Numbered from the stretch's first letter, positions 26,397 through 36,317 are shown. The stretch: 64,000 nt of DNA from Gemmatimonadales bacterium (GCA_046160105.1 JBJXGT010000010.1:42776-106775); one strand, 5' to 3'. Numbers and translations: made by a program. Notes: generated from the letters alone by a model not told the origin.

Positions 26397-28042
26397 CCAG
26401 CGGCGCTCCTCGCCGTTACGCCGCGGGGATCTACCTGTGGCTCGCCGGGCTCGGAGTGATCGCCGCCGGCCGCGCGCTCGGCAACGGCTTCGCGTTCGAC
26501 GACGTGCCGATGATCGCCGAGAACGCCCAGGTCCAATCCCTCGCCCCCCCGTGGGTCTACGCGCAGCAGAGTTACTGGCCTCCCAAGAACCTCGGCGACG
26601 CCTACCGGCCCTGGACGGTGTGGTGGTTCGCGATCCAATGGGCCCTGGGCGACGGGGCGCCCTGGTTGTTCCACCTCGGCAACCTGGTGCTCACCCTCGC
26701 GGTGATCGGGCTCGTCTACCGGCTCCTGGCCGAGTGGCTGCCTCCGATCGGCGCGGCCGCCGGGGCGGCGATTTTCGCGGTCCATCCGGTCCACGTCGAG
26801 GCCAACGCCAACGTGGTCGGTCAGGGCGAGCTATGGATGGTGGGCTTCGTGACGGCCGGCATCCTCTGGTACCTGCGGGCGCGGCGGCGCGGCGTGTGGT
26901 CGGGTACCGATCGGTTGATCATCGCCCTCTGCCTGGTGTTGGCCGCGGCATCGAAGGAACAGGGGATCGTGTTGCCGGCCTTGCTGGTCGCGATCGAATG
27001 GTGCCTCCCCGACGATGAGCCGCTGACCCGTCGCCTCCGCCGCCTCGCGCCGTTGTACCTCCTGCTGGCGGTCGTCGGCCTCGGTTTTCTGGCGGGTCGA
27101 TACGCCGTCCTCGGCGACATGGGCGGGGGGCCGCCGGCCGCGGGACTGGAGGGCCTTTCACTCGCCGAGCGCGCCCGGGTCATGCTGCCGCTGGCGGCCG
27201 ACTGGGCCCGCCTCCTGGTCTGGCCCCGCGACCTCCTCGCCCAGTACAGCCCGCCGGCGTTCGGGCTGCCGGACGGGTTCGGGTGGGCGGAACTGCTCGG
27301 GGCGGGCATCCTGGTGGGGGCCGGCGGCGCCCTCCTGGCCCGGCGGCGCCACCCCAGGCTCACGTTAGGCATCGCCTGGATCCTGATCGGCCTGCTGCCG
27401 GTGAGCAACCTGTTGTTTCCGACCGGGGTGCTGATCGCCGAGCGGACCCTCTACCTGCCGAGCGTCGGGATCGCGGTGATGGCTGGGGCGGTGGTGGCGT
27501 GGGGCGGGGCGGACCCTCGCCGTCTCGGAGCGACGATCGCGATCACCGTCGCCGTGGTCGCGGCGGGGGCGGCCCGGTCGTGGTCGCGCCAGGCGGTCTG
27601 GCGCGACAGCCCGACCTTGTTCGCCCAGACCATCGTCGACGCGCCGCGAAGCTATCGGGGCTATCTGGTCCGGGCCAAGGAGGTGGCCCGACGCGACGCC
27701 CCCGACGAGGCCGCCCGGATGTACCAGGACGCCGCTGCGTTGTACGAGGGCGATCCCCGGGTGTTCGAAGAGTGGGGTCAGCTGGAACGGGCCGCCGGGC
27801 GGTGCGATCAGGCGATCCCGATCTTCTCGCGGGGGCTCGGGCACCATCCCCGGGCCACCGTCCTTCGAAGCCGACTGTTCGAGTGTCTGCTGACGGTGGG
27901 CGACACCACCGGAGCCGTCGAGGTCGCCCAGATCGGGCTGGGACTCGGGATGACCGAGTTTACTGCGCCGCTGGCCCGGGCAACCAGAGGCCGAGCCGTC
28001 CGGCCCGACCCGCCGCCCGCCACGCCCCAAACGGACCGTTAG
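26393..28042 (+). CDS. TMTC-like polytopic membrane protein with C-terminal TPR repeats, paralog 3
   Basis: GTG start at 26393 in a GTGA overlap with the paralog 2 stop. FAFDDVPMIAEN, VHPVHVEANANVVGQGELW. The 3' end overlaps the convergent gene by 83 nt. Confidence 0.65.
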   Translation: MTSGAPRRYAAGIYLWLAGLGVIAAGRALGNGFAFDDVPMIAENAQVQSLAPPWVYAQQSYWPPKNLGDAYRPWTVWWFAIQWALGDGAPWLFHLGNLVLTLAVIGLVYRLLAEWLPPIGAAAGAAIFAVHPVHVEANANVVGQGELWMVGFVTAGILWYLRARRRGVWSGTDRLIIALCLVLAAASKEQGIVLPALLVAIEWCLPDDEPLTRRLRRLAPLYLLLAVVGLGFLAGRYAVLGDMGGGPPAAGLEGLSLAERARVMLPLAADWARLLVWPRDLLAQYSPPAFGLPDGFGWAELLGAGILVGAGGALLARRRHPRLTLGIAWILIGLLPVSNLLFPTGVLIAERTLYLPSVGIAVMAGAVVAWGGADPRRLGATIAITVAVVAAGAARSWSRQAVWRDSPTLFAQTIVDAPRSYRGYLVRAKEVARRDAPDEAARMYQDAAALYEGDPRVFEEWGQLERAAGRCDQAIPIFSRGLGHHPRATVLRSRLFECLLTVGDTTGAVEVAQIGLGLGMTEFTAPLARATRGRAVRPDPPPATPQTDR

Positions 28043-29774
28043 GCACCCAGTCGGCCGGTTGGTCGATCGCCACCAGCGCGCAGGGCGCGGCTGGGTTGGT
28101 GGCGAGACGGCCGGTGGCGTTCTCGACCAGCACCTGCTCGAAGCCAATCGCCCCGCCACCCGAGCGACCGAGCGCCCAGAGGGGATACTCCCAGGAGTCG
28201 TAGCCGGCCTTGACCGCGACCCGGAGGCAGCGCTCCGCCCGGAGCCGGTCGATCAGCCCGCGGTAGTGCGCGAGTTCCTCGGGGCGACGGGCAAAGTACT
28301 GGGCCGGCCGAGGCGTCGAGAAGACCGATCCGTCGCCAATCAACGGCCGGGTGAGATTAGCGATCAGCGGGGGCACCGCGATCACCCCGGCCAGCACGAG
28401 GATCAGCCTGACCCACCGATCACCCCAGCGATGGGCCGCCGCCGCGACCAGCGGAACCGCCAGAACCAACCCGGGGAGCTGGAGTCGGGCCCCGAACGGC
28501 TGCCACCGGACCAGCGCGGCGAACAACAGCAGCGATCCCAGTGACGCGACCAGGTACCAGCGAAGCGCGGGTTCGGCCACCCGCCAGCCCCGGACCAGGG
28601 TTCCGAGCGCCACCAGCCCGAGCAAGAAGAGCAGTGGCGACCCGGCCAGGTCTTCGTCGGTCGACCAGGGAATGATCCGGAGTCCGCCGAAGTACGGATA
28701 GGCCGCCTTCGGATCGACGCCGAGCGCGGCATGGGCCAGTGCGAGGCCGCCGGTGGTCACCCCATTGACCGTCTCATTCGGCGTCCCCCAGTTGAGCGAC
28801 GCATTGGCGATCAGGTTCGCCACCACCACCGTCGGGCCGGCGCTCGGCGGGCGAAGCAGGCGCTGGACTTCGACGTCGCCGAGCGGCGAACCATAGGTCG
28901 AGAAGTTCCGGACCATCCACGGGGCGTTGAGGAGACCGGCGACCCCGGCCGCCACGACCACCGCTCGGAGCGCCGCCGGCCCCGATCGATGGCGCCGGAC
29001 CCCGAGCGCCATCACCAGGAGCCACGGGAGCCCGAAGACCAGCGCGGTCCCTTTGGTACCGATCCCCAAACCAAGACTCGCGCCCAGCCACCCGGGGAGC
29101 GCCGCCGCGACCGGACCGCCCCACGCCGCAAGGGCGAAGGCCGCGGTGGCCGCGACCCAGAGCGCCGCCACCAGATCGTTCTGGGTCGAGGTGGCCTGAA
29201 GGACCACCGCGGGGGCGGTGCCGACGAGCGCCATCGCGGTCCAGGTCGCCGGGACGCCGCCCCCGAGGAGTCGAGTGATCCGGGCCGCCGCCACCGCCGC
29301 GCCTAACGCCGCCGCCCACTGGACCAGATTGACCAGCCGATCGCCGCCAGCCAGGGCCACGCTCAGGGTGACGAGAAACTCGGCGAACGGCGGCTGCCAC
29401 ACCTGGCGGTCGACCGCGGTGGGGAAATGCGCCACCGAGCCGCGGGCCAGCCACTGCTCGACCCGAGGCAGGTGATAGGTCATGCTGTCCCAGGTGTTGG
29501 GCGCGGCCGCGAGGGCCACGGCGAGGGTCACCAGGGCGACGACGGCCACGATCCACGACGCGGCCCCGGCCAGTTCCCTCGGTCGAGGCCACGACTTCGC
29601 CCGCCAGAGGAACCGTCCCGTCACCCCGATCGCGGCGAGTCCCACCGCGGCCGCCGACCCCGTCCCGAGCGCGCCGACCGCCGAGATCGCCTCGATCCCG
29701 ACCACCGCCGCGACCCCGCCGGCCACCGCGCCGCGGAGGATCGCGTCGGTTCGCGACGGGGCGGCGTCGGTCAC
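27960..29774 (-). CDS. polytopic membrane protein, PMT_2/ArnT-like GT-C glycosyltransferase candidate (604 aa)
   Basis: GTG at 29774 in a GTGA overlap with the upstream stop. NTWDSMTYHLPRVEQWLA first-loop motif, STQNDLVAALW, and more than 10 hydrophobic helices. Confidence 0.6.
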   Translation of the reverse strand: MTDAAPSRTDAILRGAVAGGVAAVVGIEAISAVGALGTGSAAAVGLAAIGVTGRFLWRAKSWPRPRELAGAASWIVAVVALVTLAVALAAAPNTWDSMTYHLPRVEQWLARGSVAHFPTAVDRQVWQPPFAEFLVTLSVALAGGDRLVNLVQWAAALGAAVAAARITRLLGGGVPATWTAMALVGTAPAVVLQATSTQNDLVAALWVAATAAFALAAWGGPVAAALPGWLGASLGLGIGTKGTALVFGLPWLLVMALGVRRHRSGPAALRAVVVAAGVAGLLNAPWMVRNFSTYGSPLGDVEVQRLLRPPSAGPTVVVANLIANASLNWGTPNETVNGVTTGGLALAHAALGVDPKAAYPYFGGLRIIPWSTDEDLAGSPLLFLLGLVALGTLVRGWRVAEPALRWYLVASLGSLLLFAALVRWQPFGARLQLPGLVLAVPLVAAAAHRWGDRWVRLILVLAGVIAVPPLIANLTRPLIGDGSVFSTPRPAQYFARRPEELAHYRGLIDRLRAERCLRVAVKAGYDSWEYPLWALGRSGGGAIGFEQVLVENATGRLATNPAAPCALVAIDQPADWVPNGPFGAWRAAGRAGRLGLWLPGPAAQ

Positions 29775-31753
29775 GGCGTCAGCCCGAGAATCGAATCGCG
29801 AGACACCGGGACGAACGACGGCGCGGCCTCGGCGGCCAGGCGGCGCAGCAGGTAGACGGCCTTCGACGGCTCCCGCTCGAGGATCACCCGATTCCGCCAC
29901 TGGAGGTCCCGGACGAAGACCAGATCCGCGCGGCGGCTGAGCACCGTGGGCGCCAGCAGCGCGGTGCCGGCCCGATCCTCGTTGATCCGGGCAGCGCAAC
30001 GCTGGTCGTAGCGAGCGCCGTCGAGCACCCGCTCGGAGGTGTCGGGCGAGAACGGCGACGCCACCAGTCGGGCCGAGTCGCTCATCAGCGGCACCAGTCG
30101 TTCCAGGCCGCCCGGCCGGCCGGCTCGCTCGAGGGAATCGATCGCGTGGTCGAGGCGACAGCTGTCGACGTTCCGATAGAAGCGTTCCGCTTGGGGACGG
30201 GTGGCGCCCAGCGCCCAGAGGCGGGCCAGGAGCTGCGAGCCCCACGACTCGCGCACCAGGACCACCGCGTCGCGAATCCCGGCCGCGGTCGCCGCCCGAT
30301 CGGCGTCGAACCGGAGGGCCGGTTGGAACGCGGCGTGCTGGCCGGCCCGGACCGGAATCCCGATCGCCAGGGCACCTAACGTCGCGAAACCAAGCAGGGC
30401 CGCCGCGGCGCGGCGAGGGCCATCGCCGAACCCGGCGCCGACCGCCGACGGGAGCCGGGCCGTCCACAAGGTCACCAGCGGCACCAGCGGGTAGACGAAC
30501 CGCGGCCCCAGGAAGAAGCCGTCGTGCCAGTAGGCGAAGTACCCGAGGAGCAGCGCGCCGGCCGACACCAGCAGGTAACGGTCGATCGGCCCCCATCGGG
30601 GAACCAGGATCAAGGCGAGGCCCGCGGCCAGCAGTCCCGGCACCGGCGCCTCGAAGAGGTAGACGTTCAACCGAAGCAGGTAGAGCGCGACCAGCTCGAA
30701 ACCCCGACTCGGGGTATGGGCCGGGCCGTACGGCGCCGGGTGAAAGCCGAGCCCGACGTTAGGTCCCCACAAGAGCTGGTAGCCCGATTGCCAGGCCGAC
30801 CCCGTCGTCGCGGCGTTCACCGCCAGCATCCCCGCGAGCGGCACCAACGCGGCCACCGCCATCGCGACCACGAACCGGCCCCGCCCGCCGGCCCGGGCCC
30901 ATCCGAGCACCCAGATCGCCGCCGGCAGCCCGAATGCGAGCGCGTCCAGCGGCCGGGTGATCGCTGCCATTCCGAGCGCGAACCCCGCCCCGACCGCGGC
31001 ACCCATCCCGGCACCCGCCCGAAGCGCCAGCCAGGCCACCAACGCCACCAGGATCCAGAGCAACGCGGCCGAGTGGTTCATCTGCGACCCCGCCATGAAG
31101 GCGACGAACGGGGCCAGGGCGAACAGGAGCAGCGCCCCACCCCGAACCGACGGACGCTCCTCGAGGCGCACCAGCACCCGTCCCCAAGCCGCGACCGTGG
31201 CCGCGCCCACCAGCGGCCCGATCAGCCACGCCCGACCGACCCACTCCCCGACGGCCAGCAGGGCCGGCCAGCCCGGCGGGAAATGGCCGAACCACCGGCC
31301 GCCGTGCTCGACGAGATGGAGGACGCTGCGAAAGGCCGGGTCCGAGTCGACCGGCAGCCAGAGGCGGCCGGCGGTGTAGCTGCGCGCCTGGAAGAGGAAG
31401 ACGATTTCGTCGATCAGGATCGGCCGGGTCTGGAAGATGCCGACGGCGACCGCGAGATAAGCGGCCAGGGCGAGGAACGTCACCAGCGCGAGCGCCGGCG
31501 GGCGGATCGGATCGAATCTTCCCAGCAAGCCCGCCAGCGCGCCGGTCCGCCACCGGGCGGGCGCCCGGCCGCCGAGCCATCCCACCAGCACCGCCCCGGC
31601 GAGGCAGCCGCCACCGAGGACGAGCCAGTTCGTCGCCACCACGCCGTACCAGGGCGTGGCCCGTTCCGATGGAATCCAATTGGCGATGGGGAGCAGACTC
31701 ACCGCGAGCAGCGCGGCGATGACGAGGCGCGCGATCGACCGCGCCGTCGTCAC
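29771..31753 (-). CDS. polytopic membrane protein, PMT_2/ArnT-like GT-C glycosyltransferase candidate (660 aa) with a C-terminal soluble domain
   Basis: GTG at 31753 in a GTGA overlap with the GT2 stop. [22 protein letters not shown] acidic loop, [14 protein letters not shown], then a ~190 aa non-hydrophobic C-terminus. Confidence 0.6.
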   Translation of the reverse strand: MTTARSIARLVIAALLAVSLLPIANWIPSERATPWYGVVATNWLVLGGGCLAGAVLVGWLGGRAPARWRTGALAGLLGRFDPIRPPALALVTFLALAAYLAVAVGIFQTRPILIDEIVFLFQARSYTAGRLWLPVDSDPAFRSVLHLVEHGGRWFGHFPPGWPALLAVGEWVGRAWLIGPLVGAATVAAWGRVLVRLEERPSVRGGALLLFALAPFVAFMAGSQMNHSAALLWILVALVAWLALRAGAGMGAAVGAGFALGMAAITRPLDALAFGLPAAIWVLGWARAGGRGRFVVAMAVAALVPLAGMLAVNAATTGSAWQSGYQLLWGPNVGLGFHPAPYGPAHTPSRGFELVALYLLRLNVYLFEAPVPGLLAAGLALILVPRWGPIDRYLLVSAGALLLGYFAYWHDGFFLGPRFVYPLVPLVTLWTARLPSAVGAGFGDGPRRAAAALLGFATLGALAIGIPVRAGQHAAFQPALRFDADRAATAAGIRDAVVLVRESWGSQLLARLWALGATRPQAERFYRNVDSCRLDHAIDSLERAGRPGGLERLVPLMSDSARLVASPFSPDTSERVLDGARYDQRCAARINEDRAGTALLAPTVLSRRADLVFVRDLQWRNRVILEREPSKAVYLLRRLAAEAAPSFVPVSRDSILGLTP

Positions 31754-32469
31754 TCGGGGGGCCTGCGCTTGGGCCGGAAGAGGTTGAAGCGGACGATGTG
31801 AAAGAAGGCGGCGACCCCGTCCTTCCAGCCGATCTTCTTGCCCTCTTCGTAGGTGCGGCCGGAGTAGGAGATCTGAATCTCCCAGATCCTGGCCTTGGCC
31901 TGCGCCAGTCGAGCGGTGAGCTCTGGTTCGAAGCCGAACCGATCGGTCGTCAAGACCAACGACTTCATCATCGGGGCCTTCACCATCTTGTAGCAGGTCT
32001 CCATGTCGGTCAGGTTCAAATTGGTGAACATGTTGGAGACGAGGGTGAGCAACCGATTCCCGACCGAGTGCCAGAAGTAGAGGACCCGGTGTTCACCGCC
32101 CAGGAACCGCGACCCGAACACCGCGTCGGCCCGGCCCTCCATGATCGGACCCAACAGCCGGCCGAACTCGGCGGGATCGTACTCGAGGTCGGCGTCCTGG
32201 ATGATGACGACGTCGCCGGTGGCGTGCTCGATCCCGGTGCGAATGGCGAATCCCTTGCCCCGATTGACCGGCTGGTGAATGAGGGTGTCGATCAGCTTGG
32301 CGGCCTTGAGCTCGTCGAGGATCAGCTCGCTGCCGTCGGTGGATCGGTCGTTGATGGCGATGATTTCCATCGGGATCGGCACGGAATGGAGCCGGTCGAT
32401 GATGGTCCGGATGGTATCCTTCTCATTGTACACCGGGACGATGACGCTCAGCCTCGGCAACTCGATCAT
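31750..32469 (-). CDS. family 2 glycosyltransferase, DPM1/polyprenyl-phosphate-sugar synthase-like
   Basis: [14 protein letters not shown]...[10 protein letters not shown]...[11 protein letters not shown]...[12 protein letters not shown] (DxD)...GSRF. Short soluble form, 239 aa. ATGA overlap with the methyltransferase stop. Confidence 0.85.
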   Translation of the reverse strand: MIELPRLSVIVPVYNEKDTIRTIIDRLHSVPIPMEIIAINDRSTDGSELILDELKAAKLIDTLIHQPVNRGKGFAIRTGIEHATGDVVIIQDADLEYDPAEFGRLLGPIMEGRADAVFGSRFLGGEHRVLYFWHSVGNRLLTLVSNMFTNLNLTDMETCYKMVKAPMMKSLVLTTDRFGFEPELTARLAQAKARIWEIQISYSGRTYEEGKKIGWKDGVAAFFHIVRFNLFRPKRRPPE

Positions 32470-33191
32470 CCGGGGGCTCCTATCGCGATCAGGGACTGCC
32501 CGAACGGCAGCGGCACGAACCGCTCCAACCGCAGCGCCGGGACCAGGGCGTCGAACTGCTTCAACTGGGACAGCGAGATGTGCTTCTGTCCCCGCACCCG
32601 GCCGTTGAACCACCACCCGACGACGCCGGCTCGGTTGAACCAGAACATGGTGACCAACCGCAATCCGGCGGCGGCGAACGCGGCAGCGAGGCTCTCCCGG
32701 CTGTAGCGACGATGGTGGCCGAGCTCCCGATCCAGCGCGCCGTAGATCCCGGGCAAGGACGGCACCAGGATGACCGCGCGCCCCTCGGGCGCCAAGAGGC
32801 CGCGAATCGTGGTCAGCGCGCCGACGTCGTCCTCGATGTGCTCGACGACGTTGAGGGCCACCACGGTATCGAGCCGATCGGGGCCGAACCGCCCTGGCGC
32901 GCCGGCATCCGGCAACTCCAGGGTCTCGACCCGGACCGCCGGGTTGCCGGCGAACCGGGCGGTGACGTGATCCCGATAGAAGGCATCGCGATCGGTCAAC
33001 ACCAGGAGCTCGGGCTTCGCCCCGGCCATGTGGGCCGACATGTTGCCGATGCCCGACCCCACTTCGAGGATCCGCCGACCGAGATAGGGGGCGATCTCGT
33101 CGAACATCCACCGATTGTACCGGGGCGCCGCCGCCATGATCTCCAACGTGAGGGCGCCGGAAGGGTCGCCCGGCACCAACCGATCAGGCAT
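32466..33191 (-). CDS. class I SAM-dependent methyltransferase
   Basis: [13 protein letters not shown] (motif I)...[13 protein letters not shown]...GRAVILVP. The ATG at 33191 overlaps the regulator stop by 8 nt. Confidence 0.85.
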   Translation of the reverse strand: MPDRLVPGDPSGALTLEIMAAAPRYNRWMFDEIAPYLGRRILEVGSGIGNMSAHMAGAKPELLVLTDRDAFYRDHVTARFAGNPAVRVETLELPDAGAPGRFGPDRLDTVVALNVVEHIEDDVGALTTIRGLLAPEGRAVILVPSLPGIYGALDRELGHHRRYSRESLAAAFAAAGLRLVTMFWFNRAGVVGWWFNGRVRGQKHISLSQLKQFDALVPALRLERFVPLPFGQSLIAIGAPG

Positions 33192-34563
33192 TCGTGTTCT
33201 GTTCCTCGTACCGCGACAGCTTCCGATAGAGGGTCGAGGGATCGATGCCCAGCACCTCCGCGGCCCGGGTCTTGTTGCCACCCTCCGACTGCAGCACCCA
33301 CATGATGTAGGCCCGCTCGATGACGTCGAGCGACGGGTTGGGCGACGAGCGCTCGGCCACCAGTGGCTCCTTGCGCCGTCGGGTGATCCGCTCGGGGAGG
33401 GCGGTGGGTTCGATGGTGTCACCCTTGCTCAGCACCACGGCGTGTTCGAGAGCGTTCTGGAGCTCGCGGACGTTGCCGGGCCAATCGTAGACCATGACCG
33501 CGTCGAGGGCCTCGGAGGTGAGTGCCCGGGTCGGGTCGCCCCGTTCGGTGGCGAGTTCCTGGAGGAAGCCGTCGATGAGGAGCACCAGGTCGTCGCGACG
33601 GTCGCGCAATGCGGGCAACTCCAGGGCGATCACGTTCAAGCGGTAGAAGAGATCCGAGCGGAACCGGCCCCGCCGGACCTCTTCTTCGAGGTCCCGGTTG
33701 GTGGCCGCGATGATCCGGACGTCGACCGGAATCGGCTCGGTGGCACCCACCGGGATGACTTCCCGCTCCTGGAGCACCCGAAGCAGCTTGATCTGGAGCG
33801 AGGGGGGCATCTCGCCGACCTCATCCATGAAGAAGGTGCCGCCGCGCGCCGCCGCGAAGAGTCCCTGCTTGTCGCGCACGGCGCCGGTAAAGGAGCCTTT
33901 GACGTGGCCGAACAGCTCGCTTTCGAGCAGGTTCTCTGGGAGCGCGCCGCAGTTGATCGACAGGAAGGGCCCGTCGGCGCGGGTCGAGAGATTGTGGAGA
34001 TAGCGAGCGATCACCTCTTTGCCGGTGCCGCTCTCGCCCTGGATCAGCACGGTCGAGTCGGTGGGAGCGACCACCTCGACCAGCCGGAGCACCTCGAGAA
34101 AGCGGCGCGATTTTCCGATCGGACGGGAGATGGTCGACCGCTCACCCCGGCGCCGAATATCCTGTTTGAGGAGCCGGTTCTCGACTCGAATCTGCCGAAA
34201 CTCGCAGGCCCGCCGGAGGATCGCCAGCAGCTCGTCGTTGGAGAACGGTTTCTGGATGTAGTAGAACGCCCCCGCGTTCACCGCGGCCACCGCGGTTTGC
34301 AGGGAGGCTTGCGCGGTCATCAGGATGACCGGCGTCATCCCATCCTGGTCCTTCGCGGCCTGGAGGATGTCGAGCCCGCTCACCTGGGGCATTCGCACGT
34401 CGGTGAGGACGATGTCGTGATTGCCCGAGCGAATCTGCTCGAGGCCGGCCTTGCCACCCTGGGCCGTGGTCACCTCGAACCCTTCTTTCCGGAGCAAGAT
34501 CCGAAGGGTATCCAGAATCCCGGACTCGTCGTCCACGATCAGGATCGAGGGTTGTTGACTCAT
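33184..34563 (-). CDS. sigma54-dependent response regulator (NtrC family; PilR-like by context)
   Basis: ILIVDDESGI...VLTDVRMP...IQKP, GESGTGKEVIARYLH, ESELFGHVKGSFTGA (intact GAFTGA-type loop), FFMDEVGEM, GNVRELQN, and the C-terminal HTH NKTRAAEVLGIDPSTLYRKL. ATGA overlap with the kinase stop. Confidence 0.9.
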   Translation of the reverse strand: MSQQPSILIVDDESGILDTLRILLRKEGFEVTTAQGGKAGLEQIRSGNHDIVLTDVRMPQVSGLDILQAAKDQDGMTPVILMTAQASLQTAVAAVNAGAFYYIQKPFSNDELLAILRRACEFRQIRVENRLLKQDIRRRGERSTISRPIGKSRRFLEVLRLVEVVAPTDSTVLIQGESGTGKEVIARYLHNLSTRADGPFLSINCGALPENLLESELFGHVKGSFTGAVRDKQGLFAAARGGTFFMDEVGEMPPSLQIKLLRVLQEREVIPVGATEPIPVDVRIIAATNRDLEEEVRRGRFRSDLFYRLNVIALELPALRDRRDDLVLLIDGFLQELATERGDPTRALTSEALDAVMVYDWPGNVRELQNALEHAVVLSKGDTIEPTALPERITRRRKEPLVAERSSPNPSLDVIERAYIMWVLQSEGGNKTRAAEVLGIDPSTLYRKLSRYEEQNTNA

Positions 34564-36317
34564 GCAACGTCCTCCGTGGGGAGCTTCGCGTGCAACAGAA
34601 TGGTAAACGTGGTGCCCTGCCCCGGGGCAGAGTCGACGAGGACGAGTCCTCGATGGGCTTCGACGGCCCGCTGGACGATTGCCAGGCCGAGCCCGCTGCC
34701 GCCTGGCCGCCCCGAAACGAACGGCTGGAAGAGGCGCTCCCGTAGATCGGGATCGATGCCGGGGCCGTTGTCGATGATCCTGAGCCGAACCGGCTGCTCG
34801 AACTCGGCCCCCCGGGGCAGCTCGCTCGGCGGGGGCAGGTCGATCGCCAGGGTCACCAGGCCGCCCGGCTTCAGGGCCTGCATGGCGTTGAGCAACAGGT
34901 TCCAGACGATCCGATGGATCAGATCCTCGTCCGCCTGGACCAAGATCGGACCTCCCTCGACGACGATCTCCTTCGAGGGGCCGCAATCGGGGTGCTCGCG
35001 CGCCAGCCGAACCGCGTCAGTGACGACACTGAGCAGGTTCACCGCGCGGAACTGGCTGGCCCGCACCCGGGAGAAATCGAGAAACTCGCCGAGCAGCCGG
35101 CTCAGGCGATCACTCTCCCGAAGCACCAGATCGCCGAGGACCCGTTCGTCGGGATCGTCGCGGCGAATCCGGACCAGCTGCTCGACGGCGCTTCGAATCG
35201 AGGCCAGCGGGTTACGGATCTCGTGCGCCAATGAGGCCGAGAGCGCCGCCACCGCCTCGAGCCGCTCGGCGCGGAGATTGAGCTCCTGGAGGTACTGGGC
35301 GTCGGAGATGTCGGTGAAGATCGCGGTGACCGAGGGAATCGTCTCGGACTCTCGCTCGAAGGTGGTGGTCGACAACCCGATCGGGAACGACCGCCCCTCC
35401 GGCCGGTGGACGTATCCCTCGGCGCGAGGCACTCGCCGGCCCCGCCGAATCCCGGTGATGACGGCCTGGTACAGCTCCGGGGCCCGTCGTTCGAGCTCCT
35501 CGAGAAAGGGACGGCCGAGATAGCGCGGCCCGTCGACCCCGAGGATCATTTCGCCGGTCGGGTTCAGGAACGCCAGATCGCCCCGGCTGTTGACGGTCAT
35601 CACCCCCGACCGGATGTTGCGGAGGATCTCGTCGGCCTCGAGCCGAACTTGCTCGAGTTCGGTTTCGAGTTGGGTCTGCTCCTCGACCGCGGTTCGCAGT
35701 CGCTGCCCGAGGAACGCTACCACGACGAAAACTAAAGTGAAAACGGCCACCTGGCCCCACAGGCCGGGACTGAAGCCCCGCTCTGGCTGAGCAAGGCTCG
35801 CGTTGGCGAGGAACAGGGCGGCCCCGAACAGCGCCATGACGATGCCGGAGCGCAGCGGCATCAGGAGGCCGTACACCGCGAGCACCAGCACGTAGAGCGC
35901 CGCCCAGCCGCTGTCCTCGGCGCCCGCGAAGTGCACCAGGGCCGTGACCAACAGAAGGTCCATCGCGGCCTGGCTCTGGAGAAACCCCAGTTGGGGCCGC
36001 TCCCGACGGACGAACACGACGTAAGCGCCGTACCCGGTGACCGCGAGGGCGAAGACCACGGTGATTACCGCGACGAACGCCACGTACCGGGCGAAGTCCG
36101 CCCCAACCGCTGGCGGCCGATTGAAGGCGAAGGCCGCCTGAATCAGGGTGGTCACGGCGAGCACGGTCCGACCGAGCAACAACCACTGCATCAGCACCGG
36201 GAAACTCGGCAACCCGCCGCGAACGTCGGCGTCCGGAAGAGTGACCCGGGGTTTGGCCGGGTCTCGCGGGCCCGGCAAAGCTGGGCCGTCGGGTGGCTGG
36301 TTCAGAGACTGGTTCAC
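34560..36317 (-). CDS. membrane sensor histidine kinase (PilS-like by context)
   Basis: About 6 N-terminal TM helices, a PAS-like segment, the H-box SASLAHEIRNPLASI, the N-box WNLLLNAMQA, and G-boxes DNGPGI and GSGLGLAIV. GTG start. Confidence 0.88.
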   Translation of the reverse strand: MNQSLNQPPDGPALPGPRDPAKPRVTLPDADVRGGLPSFPVLMQWLLLGRTVLAVTTLIQAAFAFNRPPAVGADFARYVAFVAVITVVFALAVTGYGAYVVFVRRERPQLGFLQSQAAMDLLLVTALVHFAGAEDSGWAALYVLVLAVYGLLMPLRSGIVMALFGAALFLANASLAQPERGFSPGLWGQVAVFTLVFVVVAFLGQRLRTAVEEQTQLETELEQVRLEADEILRNIRSGVMTVNSRGDLAFLNPTGEMILGVDGPRYLGRPFLEELERRAPELYQAVITGIRRGRRVPRAEGYVHRPEGRSFPIGLSTTTFERESETIPSVTAIFTDISDAQYLQELNLRAERLEAVAALSASLAHEIRNPLASIRSAVEQLVRIRRDDPDERVLGDLVLRESDRLSRLLGEFLDFSRVRASQFRAVNLLSVVTDAVRLAREHPDCGPSKEIVVEGGPILVQADEDLIHRIVWNLLLNAMQALKPGGLVTLAIDLPPPSELPRGAEFEQPVRLRIIDNGPGIDPDLRERLFQPFVSGRPGGSGLGLAIVQRAVEAHRGLVLVDSAPGQGTTFTILLHAKLPTEDVA

